Shown: positions 12,379-25,524 of the stretch, one piece after another
Layout of the letters: the number at the start of each line of letters is the position of its first letter
Numbering within the stretch: position 1 is the first letter of the stretch
Origin: Octopus sinensis
Lineage: Eukaryota
Direction: 5' to 3'
DNA: 64,000 bases
NCBI RefSeq assembly: GCF_006345805.1
Contig: NC_043008.1
Span: 59,706,001-59,770,000, forward strand
Made by a program: the position numbers and the translations under genes
The notes under the pieces: model-generated
Told to the model about the DNA's origin: nothing
What the model saw: only the letters and a program-made list of their open reading frames with translations
Databases searched by the model: none

Positions 12379-12936
12379 GGATCTTTTCGGTTTGAACGGC
12401 AGTTTTTTAGAATAATTTCCACGTAACTACACACTTTTAAACTTCGTATACTGGTAGAATGTGTTTAAATACAATTTTCTCAAAAAAACTAATTGAAATT
12501 AATGTTTTCTTTCGACACATTCTACCAGTATACGAAGTTTAAAATTATTTAGTTATGTAGAAATTCTCTCCATCTTTTAGAAAAGATCCACATCTTTTTC
12601 TCTTGGCTTTATTGAAAAAATTCTTTAGTTTGTAAAGATATTTGTTGTTTTTTTCTTCAAGTTCTGCAATTTCAACCAATCAATGACGTCTATTGAGGTG
12701 AAAACATTCTGTGCCGTATGAATATGTCCCTCGTTTAAGAAACAGCTGGAGTTTATTTACATTTCTAAAGAAACAAAGATACCCTTCCCCCACCCCTAAC
12801 CCAAACCCTAACCCTAACTCTAACCCTAACCCTAAAATAGATTGAAATGCAATAGATCGATACTAGGGTCATAATTATGAGTGACAATTTCATATGACAC
12901 CGTTAGAAAAAACTGCCGTTCAAACCGAAAAGTCCC
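12379..12936. mobile_element. GGATC-family MITE (opposite orientation, internal partial duplication)
   Basis: Same TIRs; near-TSD ATACATTT/ATACATTC; (CCCTAA)-like run at about 12793-12834. Confidence 0.85.
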
Positions 12937-13703
12937 ATACATTCGGCTGTTAAGAGTCTAACAAATTACATTTTGATTCATTCGACCACAAAATTATTGA
13001 CTACTCAGACGATATCCAACTCTTATGCTCCTGAGCAAACTGAATGCAAATGCGTCTTTCTCTCTTTAATTGTTTGTTTGTCAAAGAAATAATCGTTTTT
13101 CCCCACTTCTTTTTATATTTATATGCAACACGTTCCACAAGTCCAAAACAGCTTCAGTCGACTTTTTGGTATTAGTGACACGAATCTTCATGTGATATTT
13201 CTGTCAAATGTCATTCAAAATGTCAACAGCAGACATTTTCTTGTTTTCCATCAACAAACTGCAAAGAATGTACCAGCTAAATCCTATCAGTCATTTTTTT
13301 CCTTTTCTGTCGCTGCGTTGGTCAAGAGTGGTCAAAATTAGCTACGAGTTTCATCGAAAATATATGCAATAAAGTGAGCAGCAGAGACTGAACATCCAGC
13401 CTCAACAACTCTCTCTCTCTCATTCTCTCTCCTTCCCTTCCCCTCTTTCTCACTACCTCCCTCTCCTATCTATCTATCTTTTACTCTTTTACTTGTTTCA
13501 GTAATTTGACTGCGGCCATGCTGGAGCACCTCCTTTAATCGAGCAACTCGACCCCGGGACTTATTCTTTTGTAAGCCCAGTACTTATTCTATCGGGGACA
13601 TAAACACACCAGCATCGGTTGTCAAGCAATGCTAGGGGGACAAACACAGACACACAAACACATACACACGCATACATGTACATACATATATACGACACGC
13701 TTC

Positions 13704-16700
13704 GGATCTTTTCATTTGTGAAGCCAGTTTTTCCAAATTTTTCCTACTGAACCAAACAATTTGAAACTTCGTATACTGGTAGAATGTGTCAAAAGTAAAC
13801 TTAATTGTAAACCAGAATGAAAACGGAATTGTAACTTCTAAGTTTAACATTGTTTAATAATTAGAATTTTAACCAATGGTTTTCCGTCTTTCGGCTTCAT
13901 ATTATTTACTCCGTCTCGACCACCAATTTGGTGACGTAGTAAACATATGGTATGTAAACAAATGGGTTAATATAAAGCGTTACGCATATCAGAAAATCAA
14001 AAAAAAATGTGTGTAATAGGTGTAAAACAACTTCCTATGAACGAATATGAAAAAAAAAATTCGCGCACGCGAAAGGGGGGTGGGGGAGAGGCCTCGGAAA
14101 ATTCACATCGGGAAGTTCCGAAAGCGTCTGAGGGGCTGACCCGGGCACCAAAACAAAAAAAAAATAGTGTAATATGTGTAAAACAACTTGCTCTAAACGA
14201 ATATGACAAAAAAATGCGCTCTCGCGAAAGAGGGGTGGGGGAGAGGCCTCGGAAAATTTATATCGGGAATTTCCGAAAGCGTCTGAACCGGGCACAAAAA
14301 CAAAAACAAAAACAGCGTAATAGGTGTAAAACAACTTGCTCTAAACGAATATGATAAAAAAATGCGCGCTCGCGAAAGGGGGTGGGTGGGGGAGAGGCTT
14401 CGGAAATTTCCCATCTTCAGTCCACGGCCTTTAAACTAAGAAAAAATAGTGTAATTGGTGTAAAACTACTTGTTCTAAACGAGTATCAAGAACACACACT
14501 CACACATGAATCATAAACTCCGTATTTTTGTACATATTTCGCAAAAAAAAAAAAAATAAATAAAGAGAAGAAATTCTGGAAAAAGTGAAGAAATGTTGGA
14601 TCTCATTCCTTGGTTAAAGCTATTTTAAACATTAAATTTATGCTTTTCTTTGAAATAGTTCAGATATATGCAATTCTTCTCACTTATTAAGATGCATTTA
14701 TCAGAAAAAAAGAGACAGAAAAAATAATTATTTTGTGTCAATCCTTCCCTAATTATCCTTTATTAATTAGTTTTGGCGTGTATTTTTTTCCCAAATTTAT
14801 TTTTTCACCTTTACAACACTGTTTAGTAAAGCAATTAATTATCTTTATAATTTGCATATTTGACTTATTAATCAAAATTCTCTAGATGTAATATATACTA
14901 AGTAATGCATCTGTAACGAACTGTGTGTGAATATATCTTCTCTTGTACTTTCGGGGTACAAGAGGCAATCACTATTCGTTGCTTTAATAATCCAGATCTC
15001 TACCAGTCAGAAATAACAAGACGCAGACGTAAAAGATATATATACTACTTTATTCTCTAATGTGGTAACAGTAACAATAAGTGGTTATCTGGTATCCCTT
15101 TGGTATAAATGTGTCAGTGCTGAACCTTATCGCTGTAAAATAAGAAAGTGTTCAAATGCAAAACGACACTGGTCAAAGATGGCGTCCGGAACAGGGAGAA
15201 GATGTGGTCTGCAACAATTTGGTTAAAGGCCTTTTGGTATGGTGCTGCTAGAATCAAGTTCGGACGGAGAGAAAAAATATACGTGACCGTTGCCTTCGGT
15301 CGCTGCTGTCTCAAGTCGCTGCTTGCTGGACGCTGGTGGTCAACGTCTTACGATCCCCTTGCCTCGGCTAACTGCTACGTAGGCAAAAGGGTTCTTCTTC
15401 CGGTGGTGAAAGCACCAACCCCGCACGCGCGAAATACAAATGGACGGTGCGCGAGCGCGCGCCGTTGTATAGGATCACTACACATCCTTCATTTATGTGT
15501 TCCGTTCTGTATTATGCATGTGTGACTGTTTGTATGTAAGTGTGTTTAACTGTGCACATGAATGTGAATATTAAAGAACATATTTATTTACTATGATTGT
15601 TATTTTCAGAACAAATAAATCTTTTGGCTGTTATGTTATTGATGTTATTATTATTGCTAGTTAAAGGGTGGTGACTTGGCTGAATATTTTGAGTATGTAG
15701 TTGTGTTAGTCAATATTCTGAGTTCAAATCCAACTCATTTCTTTATCATCATCGTCGATGGACCACTCAAAGAGGTATGTATACATTATCATTTTCGTAA
15801 CATAATTTCTGTAGTATTTCAAGATGTTTCTGACACGTATTTTGATTCACATGGCGGAGATCCAACATTTCTTCACTTTTTCCAGAATTTCTTCTCTTTA
15901 TTTATTTTTTTTTTTTGCGAAATATGTACAAAAATACGGAGTTTACGATTCATGTGTGAATGTGTGTTCTTGATACTCGTTTAGAACAAGTAGTTTTACA
16001 CCAATTACACTATTTTTTCTTAGTTTAAAGGCCGTGGACTGAAGATGGGAAATTTCCGAAGCCTCTTCCCCACCCCCCTTTCGCGAGCGCGCATTTTTTT
16101 TATCATATTCGTTTAGAGCAAGTTGCTTTACACCTATTACGCTGTTTTTGTTTTTGTTTTTGTGCCCGGTTCAGACGCTTTCGGAAATTCCCGATATAAA
16201 TTTTCCGAGGCCTCTCCCCCACCCCTCTTTCGCGAGAGCGCATTTTTTTTGTCATATTCGTTTAGAGCAAGTTGTTTTACACATATTACACTATTTTTTT
16301 TTTGTTTTGGTGCCCGGGTCAGCCCCTCAGACGCTTTCGGAACTTCCCGATGTGAATTTTCCGAGGCCTCTCCCCCACCCCCCTTTCGCGTGCGCGAATT
16401 TTTTTTTTCATATTCGTTCATAGGAAGTTGTTTTACACCTATTACACACATTTTTTTTTGATTTTCTGATATGCGTAACGCTTTATATTAACCCATTTGT
16501 TTACATACCATATGTTTACTACGTCACCAAATTGGTGGTCGAGACGGAGTAAATAATATGAAGCCGAAAGACGGAAAACCATTGGTTAAAATTCTAATTA
16601 TTAGACAATGTTAAACTTAGAAGTTACAATTCCGTTTTCATTCTGGTTTACAATTAAGTTTACTTTTGACACATTCTACCAGTATACGAAGTTTCAAATT

Positions 16701-16754
16701 GTTTGGTTCAGTAGGAAAAATTTGGAAAAACTGGCTTCACAAATGAAAAGATCC
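13704..16754. mobile_element. 3-kb foldback element with ~900-bp inverted arms (13704-14604 and 15857-16754)
   Basis: Arms are near-identical reverse complements starting GGATCTTTTC and ending GAAAAGATCC, each with about three 150-160 bp subrepeats. Shares AAACTTCGTATACTGGTAGAATGTGT with the GGATC MITEs. Interrupts a SINE A copy. Confidence 0.9.
14912..15482. mobile_element. Solo LTR (Gypsy-like) inside the foldback spacer
   Basis: TGTAACGA...TCACTACA termini; 4-bp TSD CATC (14908-14911 and 15483-15486); minus-strand AATAAA near 15050. Confidence 0.7.
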
Positions 16755-17925
16755 CTAGTTCCAACCTGTGTCTTGTTTTGAAATACTGTACCAGCATACG
16801 AAGTTTCAAATTATTTAGTTAAGTAGAAAGGTCTGGGCTCCTGGCCACACAATTGAAAAGATCCCACTTGCCCAAGATGCCACGCAGTGGGACTGAACCC
16901 GGAACCATGTGGCTGGTTAGCAAGCTACTTACCACACAGCCACTCCTGCGCCTATCTATATATTATTATTTATGTATGTATATACATTATATATTTAGAT
17001 ATTATACACATATAAGGCGAAGGAGTGGTAAGTAGCTTGCTTACGAACCACACGGTTCCGGGTTCAGTCCCACTGCGTGGCACCTAGGGCAAGTGTCTTC
17101 TACTATAGCCTTGGGCCGACCAAAGCCTTGTGAGTGGATTTGGTAGACGGAAACTGAAAGAAGCTCGTCGTATATATGTATATATATATGTGAGTGTGTA
17201 TGTTTGTGTGTCTGTTTGTCCCCCCAACATCGCTTGACAACCGATGCTGGTGTGTTTACGTCCCCGTAACTTAGCGGTGCTCCAGCATGGCCGCAGTCAA
17301 ATGACTGACACAAGTAAAAGAAAGTAAAAGAAAAATATATACTATATTTTATATACATATATTATATTATATTATATGTATTATACATATATATGTGTGT
17401 GTACACGTGCGCGTATAATGAATAGCTTTCTAGATTCTAAAGCAGAATTCAAAACTGAATCCAGATTTTTTTTACAAAAGTTCCTTTCCTATTGTTCTTG
17501 GCTTTTGCACTAAGAAATTCATATCAGTCACTCAGTCAAGTTCTGTTTTTTAAGTTAACCTTCTTGGGTTAGATACAGTGCAAGAGAGATAAACATTTTA
17601 CTTTCTATTGTTCTCTGACCTACATCAGCCAAAACATATACGAGCCTAAATTTTGATTCATTCGACTGAATCGTAAATATATAGCCTATATTTGGTTCTT
17701 CTTTCTTTTGGCACCGATAGAGGAATCAACTTATACAAGGCACTACACACTTCTTACCCCTCCCTATTTTCTACACTCTCTTTCACTTTTGGCCTCTCTT
17801 TTTCCAACCAGTTTTCTAGCAGTCACCGACTTAACTACTTACAGAATGAATAAACAGAATGGCAAATAATTTGTGAATAACAACAGCTGGAAGAAGTTGT
17901 ATTTTGCATAAAGGGACATTAATAA

Positions 17926-18231
17926 GGTACTAGTAGCGTAGACTGGACCCGGTTTGCGCAGACGCGCAGACGCGCGTCCGTACTAGCCAGACATAGGCAG
18001 TCGATCCTACGAGCTGACTGGCGCATGCACGATATATACGATATATACTTGTATCGCACGTCCCCGATTCGCGCGCGCGAATCGGGGACGTGTGATACAA
18101 GTATATATCGTATACAAGTATATATCGTGCATGCGCCAGTCAGCTCGTAGGATCAACTGCCTACGTCTGGCTAGCACGGACACACGTCTGCGCGTCTACG
18201 CAAACCGGGTCCACTCTACGCTACTAGTACC
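17926..18231. mobile_element. 306-bp near-perfect hairpin MITE (GGTACT...AGTACC)
   Basis: Whole element is self-complementary around a CGCGCGCG centre; exact 8-bp TSD ATTAATAA. Confidence 0.92.
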
Positions 18232-18283
18232 ATTAATAATAATTTTCTTTCGCTCATATATTTGCAATATAATAAATCATTTT

Positions 18284-18687
18284 GGATCTTTTCGGTTTGA
18301 ACGGCAGTTTTTTCTAGCGGTGTCATATGAAATTGTCACCCATAATTATGACCCTAGTATCGATCTATTGCATTTCAATCTCTTTTAGGGTTAGGGTTAG
18401 GGGTGGGGGAAGGGTATCTTTTTTTTCTTCAGAAATGTAAATAAACCCAATCTGTTTCTTAAACGAGGGACATATTCATACGGCACAGAATGTTTTCACC
18501 TCAATAGACGTCATTGATTGGTTGAAATTGCAGAAATTGAAGAAATATCTTACAAACTATAGAATTTTCTCAATAAAGTCAAGAGAAAAAAATGTTTTAT
18601 AAACACATTCTACCCATATACGAAGTTTAAAAGTGTTTAGTTACGTGGAAATCATTTAAAAAACTGCCGTTCAACCCGAAAAGATTC
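18284..18687. mobile_element. GGATC-family MITE with TTAGGG repeats
   Basis: TIRs as at 11351; exact 8-bp TSD ATCATTTT. Confidence 0.9.
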
Positions 18688-18694
18688 ATCATTT

Positions 18695-18750
<56 letters not shown>

Positions 18751-18774
18751 TACACACACACACACATACACAAC

Positions 18775-18805
<31 letters not shown>

Positions 18806-19297
18806 AACACAAACACAGACACACGCAAGAATGGTGCCTTGGGAAAATGACTTCTAACATTGCCTCTGGCCGACCAAAGTGGATTTTGTAGACATGTGTG
18901 CGCGCGCGCGTCTTTGGGTCTATAATTGTTCTCTACCGGTGTTAGTGTGTTTCCGTCCCCGTAACATTAGCTGTTCAGCAAAATAGACCGATTGAATAAG
19001 TATCAGACTTTAAAAAGAAAAGAAATAAAAAGTACTGGGGTCAATGGGTCCGACTAAAATTCTCCAAAGCATTGACCCAGCATGGCCGCAGTCTATTGAT
19101 TGAAACAAATAAAAGGTAAAAGATATGTATGTAGATGTATGTATGTATTTATCTGTATGCACACACACACACTAAATATATATATATATATAAATATATA
19201 TAGTTACTCCAAACATGAACAAAGAGAAAACACAACAACGCGAGGGCGTGGAACAAGTATAGTGTTATTGGACGCTCAGGAAAGGAAATAAAGGAGG

Positions 19298-19332
19298 ATT
19301 TAACGTTTCGAGCGGAGCTCTTCGTCAGAAAC
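19298..19332 (-). ncRNA. Minimal hammerhead ribozyme motif in a Penelope pLTR-like fragment (about 19205-19405)
   Basis: Minus strand reads ttt-CTGACGA-agagc-tcc-gctc-GAAA-cgTTA-aa, with intact CUGANGA/GAAA cores and a palindromic AACGTT stem III. Related variant (CTGTCGA) at 30289-30324. Confidence 0.65.
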
Positions 19333-19412
19333 ATAGAAAAAGGAAAGGTCCAAGGAAGGGAAGAGGGAGAAAGAAAATCGCCAACAATACACACGCTGTC
19401 AGACATCCCCCC

Positions 19413-19452
<40 letters not shown>

Positions 19453-20211
19453 GATAAGAAATCATTTTTGTCTCTTTTTATGGAAACAAAAGGGTTTATA
19501 GGACTACAAAAAAGAAGTGCTCAAATGTAATTGAGACAGAGATAAAGAAACATTGTTCAAAGAACAAACATCAAATTCCAGTCAACGATCTTATATATAA
19601 TACCATACCTCCAAACATTTGATCATATATAAATATTACCATGGTTATTAAACATATAAAAATAAACATAGGCAAAAAACACAGAAGGTGAAAATATATA
19701 TGTGAATAAAAATACAAATATATAGAACGGCCTATCAAAAAGGTAAATACAATCGGATAAAAGTTCTAAAGCATGTCATGCAACTAAAACTCTAAATAAA
19801 ATAAAATAAAATATCAATTGACTAAAACATTATCTTTAAATTAGTCATGCGGCGTTGAATGAACTTTTTGTTTGAGTTTCCTGTCATCGAGATGCACTTT
19901 AACTGTAATCGAACAAGGGCAATGAATTCCCGAAATGGCTACTATAGGTGTGTTTGACTTGATTTTGTGAAGCTCTTTTTTTGTTCCTGGACTCTAACCT
20001 ACCACGGTTTTTATGAATTGAACTTTTTTGACGTACTCTTTTGTTTGAGGGGAGCAAGAAAATTGATTTAGTCGATTGATATCTTATTTTATTTTATTTA
20101 GATTTATTAGCGTATTTATATATCAAATGTTTGGAGGTATGGTGTTATATATAAAGTCGTTGACTCGAATTTGATGTTTGTTCTATGGTCAATGTTCACA
20201 CATACACACAT

Positions 20212-20306
<95 letters not shown>

Positions 20307-20356
20307 TACATATATATATATATAGAGAGAGAGAGAGATAGAGAGAGAGAGAAAGT

Positions 20357-20392
<36 letters not shown>

Positions 20393-20659
20393 TTGTATAC
20401 TGTCAACTTAACGTGACAGTCCGGTAAGGGAATTACACCACCGCTGTTTAGCCCTAGGAAGCATCGACGCTTCCTGTCGGCTTTGACACATTTCCTGTGT
20501 CCTTATATTTACGAAGGGGAGGCAAGCACCCCCACCAGCTAGGATTCACACCTGAGGACGTGTTTATTAAACGAAAACACTCAAAGCTCCACGAGGCTCC
20601 GGCAGGGGGTGCTGGCGAACCCTGCTGTACTCTTTCGCCAGAACATTTTCTCACTAGTT

Positions 20660-20694
<35 letters not shown>

Positions 20695-20850
20695 GCACGT
20701 TTATATTCATGGTTTAAAATTTCTTTGTTATCTTATGAAGTTCTTTTTTATTGTCATCTTTCGCATTTGTTTCTGTCACTGGACTGTGACCATGCTATAG
20801 TATCGCAGCGTAAGTTCTAGTCTGCCAAATCCAACCACAAGGCTTTGGTC

Positions 20851-21643
20851 GGATCTTTTCCTTTTGAACGACACTTTGCAACATAATTTTTAGGTAACTA
20901 AAAAGTTTTAAACTTCGTATACTGGTAGAATGTGTTTATAAAACATCATTTTGTCTTGGCTTTATTGAGAAAATTCTATAGTTTGTAAGATATTTCGTCT
21001 GAAATTTCTTGCATTTCGGCAATTTTAACCAATCAATTACCTCCATTGACGTAAATAACATTCTGTGCATAATGAATATGTCCCTCGCTTAAGAAACAGA
21101 TTGGGTTTATTTACATTTGTGAAGAAAAAAGATACCTTTCCCCCACCCCTAACCCTAACCCTAACTCTAACCCTAAATCTACAACTAGGGTTATAATTAT
21201 GGGTGACAATTTCATACGACACCGCTACGGAAAATGGGATTTTTTTCTAGCGGTGTCAATTGTCACCATAATTATGACCCTGTTATCGATCTATTGCATT
21301 TCAATCTATTTTAGATTTAGGGTTAGAGTTAGGGTTAGGGTTAGGTGTTGGGGAAGGGTATCTCTTTTTCTTCACAAATGTAAATAAACCCAATCTGTTT
21401 CTTAAACGAGGGACATATTCATTATGCACAGAATGTTATTTACGTCAATGGAGGTAATTGATTGGTTAAAATTGCCGAAATGCAAGAAATTTCAAACGAA
21501 ATATCTTACAAACTATAGAATTTTCTCAATAAAGCCAAGAGAAAATGATGTTTTATAAACACATTCTACCAGTATACGAAGTTTAAAACTTCTTAGTTAC
21601 CTAAAAATTATGTTACAAAGTGCCGTTCAAAAGGAAAAAATCC
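20851..21643. mobile_element. Head-to-head palindromic dimer of the GGATC MITE, inserted into a SINE
   Basis: Arms are reverse complements, with (CCCTAA)n at about 21147-21176 and (TTAGGG)n at about 21318-21345. Exact 8-bp TSD CTTTGGTC. Confidence 0.9.
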
Positions 21644-22748
21644 CTTTGGTCTGTCCAAGGTTCTAGTAGAAGACACAAAGTACCATCAATTGGGACTGAA
21701 CTCAAGACCACATCGTTGGGAAAGAAGCTCACACAGCCACGACGAAATTTCCCAATTATTTATTGTATATTTTTATTTGTGATATTTTAATTTTCATTTT
21801 TGGTGACATAGGGTTCTAAGGAAATTTTTAAAACGAAACAAAAAAAAAAACTTGAAGTGCCCATTTTGAGTACTTCCTCTTAAGCATAACTAAATGTATG
21901 TATGTATGTATGTATGTATGTATGTATGTATGTATGTATGTATGTATGTATGTATGTATGTATGTGTGTGTTTGTCCCCGTAACTTATCGGTTCGGCAAA
22001 AGAGACTGATAGAATAAGTACCACCTGACTGGCACGTAAAAGCACCCAATACACTCTCGGAGTGATTGGCGTTAGGAAGGGCATCCAGCTGTAGAAACAC
22101 TGCCAGATCAGACTGGAGTCTGGTGCAGCCATCGGGTTCGCCAGACCTCAGTGAAATCGTCCAACCCATGCTAGCATGGAAAACGGACGTTAAACGATGA
22201 TGATAATGATGATGATGATGATGTGTGTGTGTGTGTGTATGTTTGTGTGTCTGTGTTTGTCCCTCCAACATCGCTTGACAACCGATGCTGGTGTGTTTAT
22301 GACCCCCGTAACTTAGCGGTTCGGCAAAAGATATCGATAGAATAAGTACTAGGCTTACAAAGAATAAGTCCTTGAGTTAATTTGCTTGACTAAAGGCGGT
22401 GCTCCAGCATGGCCACAGTCGAATGACTGAAACAAGTAAAAGAGTAAAGAGAATTTTAATTAAGATTACGTCTGAGAAGGGAATATAACTTGGATGATTA
22501 ATGCTGATGAAGAGAGTTAAAGGGAGATAACCCTCAAATTTTTATGACTATTCTCTTATTTTGGTACCAGTACTGAAATTCTTCTGCGAGGGGGCGAGTC
22601 GAAGGCATCGAATTCAGTATTCGACTGATTCTTGATTTATCGTTTTCGAAAGGATGAATGGCGAAATCGACCTTGGTGGAATTTGAACTCAGAACTTAAA
22701 GATGGACGAAATGCTGTTATGCATTTTGCCTGATGTGCTAACGACTCT

Positions 22749-23080
22749 TATTTCTTTACTGCCCACAAGGGGCTAAACACAGAGGGGACAAACAAGGACA
22801 GACAAACGGATTATGTCGATTATATCGATCCCATTGCGTAACTGGTACTTAATTTATCGACCCCGAAAGGATGAAAGGCAAAGTCGACCTCGCCGGAATT
22901 TGAACTCAGAACGTAACGGCAGACGAAATACCTATTTCTTTACTACCCACAAGGGGCTACATACAGAGGGGACAAACAAGGACAGACAAACGGATTATGT
23001 CGATTATATCGATCCCATTGCGTAACTGGTACTTATTTAATCGACCCCGAAAGGATGAAAGGCAAAGTCGACCTCGTCGG
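22749..23080 (-). mobile_element. Dimeric SINE family B (5'-truncated)
   Basis: Same junction GACGAAATACC|TATTTCTTTACT at 22932/22933. Confidence 0.8.
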
Positions 23081-23789
23081 CTGTTATTTTCAGCAGGATT
23101 CATACAATATTTAGTACTGGTTCCCTCGTTAGTACTGTTACAGGTTTGGTTCATTACATAGAGGTTCCCACGTCGACTACGGTTTCTAGCATGTTTGATT
23201 CACCATGTAGAGGGGTCCCTATTGTCCGTTATCTCGACAACTCAGAGACTTCAACGTTGCCTACAATCTCCTGTGACCGGGTATTGAGGTTTACTGCTCG
23301 GATTCTCTACGGTTGATCGTGGGAATTTTCCGGGGCCCCTCCCCACACCCCCGTTTGTCAGCGCGCATTTTTTTCGTCATATTCCTTTAATATACGATGC
23401 ATTTACATCTGTTACACATTTTCGTTTCCATTTTCCCCACCGGGTGCGGATCTAGATATTAACCCTTAATTCAATACTTTTTCTTGCTATCTTTTTAGGA
23501 ATATGGATTTACTAAGAGGAAAGAATTCCCGGTTCCCTCTGTCCTGCTCCTTTTAGTCGCCTCTCACGCCACGCAGGGAATATGGCGACTGCATTCTACC
23601 GATCCCCACCTAGTTGCAGGGGTGTTTGCTAGTTAACTCATAGCTGGGACCCTTACAGGTGCTACCATTCCGGGACAGAGTAAATCTGGGAACAATAGTG
23701 GCTAAGAGGTGGTTCCATACTCCTCAACCCTGAAACCAGGGCCCTAGGGTCCCACTACCGGATGTAGTTTATAGTCATACCCAGGACAT

Positions 23790-25070
23790 AGGGATGCAAT
23801 GTAGCCTGTGTTACGGTTGTATGGAGTAGATGGTAGATTGTTGAGAGGAGTTCAGAGTTTTTGTAGAGAAAGTAGGGCGTGCGTTAGGGTGGGTGGTGAA
23901 GTAAGTGAGTGGTTTGATGTGAAGGTGGGGTTAAGACAGGGTTGTGTGATATCTCTGTGGCTGTTTAATTTATATATGGATGGTGTGGTGGGAGAGGTAA
24001 ATGCTAGAACCCGTGGTAGGGGACCTCAAATGGTGGGAGAAAAGGGAGAAAAATGGCAGATGAGTCAGTTGGTGTCTGCTGATGATACAGCACTGGTGGC
24101 GGATTCGGTTTAGCAACTGAGAAGACTGGTGGTAGAGTTTGACAGAGTGTGTGAGAGGAGGAAACTGAAAGTGAAAATGAATATAACTAAGAGATGTTCG
24201 AGAGATGGAATGGCTGGTGGGATGGATGTGAATATAAATGGTGAGATGTAAGAGGAGGTGAGTGTTTTTAAGTATCTGGGGTCACATGTGACGGTGGATG
24301 GGGGTTGATTGAGGAAGTGGGATGCAGAGTGAGGGAGGGAAGTAAGATACTTGGAGTTGTGAAAGGTATGCTGAGAAATAATAGATTGAGTATGAAAGTG
24401 AAAACAGGTGTGTATGAGGGCGTGATTGCACCGATAATGTTATATGGTGCAGAGTTAGGGGGGGGTGTGTGCTGAAAAGGCGGAAAGGAGGCGACTAGAT
24501 GATGTGTTTGAGATGAGATGTTTGAGGGCTATTGTTGGTGTGACACGGATGGACAGGATGAGGAATGAGGAGGTGCGAAGGCGAGCTGGAATGAGAGAAA
24601 AACTAGTAACGAAAATGGATAGACGAATGTTGTGGTGGTTTGGCCCCTTGGAGAGGATGGATGAGGAGCAGATGGTAAGGAGAGAGATGAAGACTGAAGT
24701 GATAGACAGCAGAACCTGAGGCTGACCTCGGTTTGTGTGGATGGGTGGAGTGAGGGAAGCTTTGGTGGTTAGAGGTGCTGGAGCGAGAGAGGCAAGAGAG
24801 TTTATAAATGATAGGAAAGCTTGGAGAATGTTTGTGGACGGATGAGTGAATTTTAATGTGGCTCCAAGGGGTACGGAACCAGCATGATGCGGCGGGGGTA
24901 GATCAGCATATGCCGTCGGGCCCCGCTGCTGATATTGGGGGTCGCGTTCTATGCCTTGACCCGAGCATAGAACGGGGCCCGCCCCTTTGAGATGAGAAAT
25001 GAATGGAATGCCTGATGTGTATCTTGTTGTGGCTACACCCTCCTAAAAAAATGGGGAATAGGCTTGGGTG
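23790..25070 (+). mobile_element. 5'-truncated, decayed RTE-clade LINE (reverse transcriptase region plus 3' UTR)
   Basis: EWFDVKVGLRQGCVISLWLFNLYMD, ADDTAL, FKYLG-like and FEMRCLRAIVGVTRMDRMRNEEVRR motifs, with stops and frameshifts. Confidence 0.9.
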
Positions 25071-25491
25071 TATATACTCTTTTACTTGTTTCAGTCATTT
25101 GACTGCGGCCATGCTGGAGCACCGCCTTTTCTCGAGAAAATCGACCCCAGAGCTTATTCTTCGTAAGCTTATTCTATCGGTCTCTTTTACCGAACCGCTA
25201 AGTTACCGAGACGTAAACACACCAGCATCGGTTGTCAAGCGATGTGGTGGTGGTGATGGGGGGGGGGGCAAACAGACACATACACACATGCATATACATA
25301 TATATACATATATACGACGGGCTTCTTTCAGCTTCCGTCTATCAAATCCACTCACAAGGCTTTGGTTGGCCCAAGGCTATAGTAGAAGACACTTGCCCAA
25401 GATGCCACGCAGTGGGACTGAACCCCGAACCATGTGGTTGGTAAGCAAGCTACTCAGCACACAACCACTCCTGCGCCTACCTACCTACCTG

Positions 25492-25524
<33 letters not shown>

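Noticed and set aside
13997-16461. Paired ORFs on opposite strands (14007-14354 and 16137-16451)
   Set aside because: Mirror images arising from the foldback arms; no transposase or other motif.
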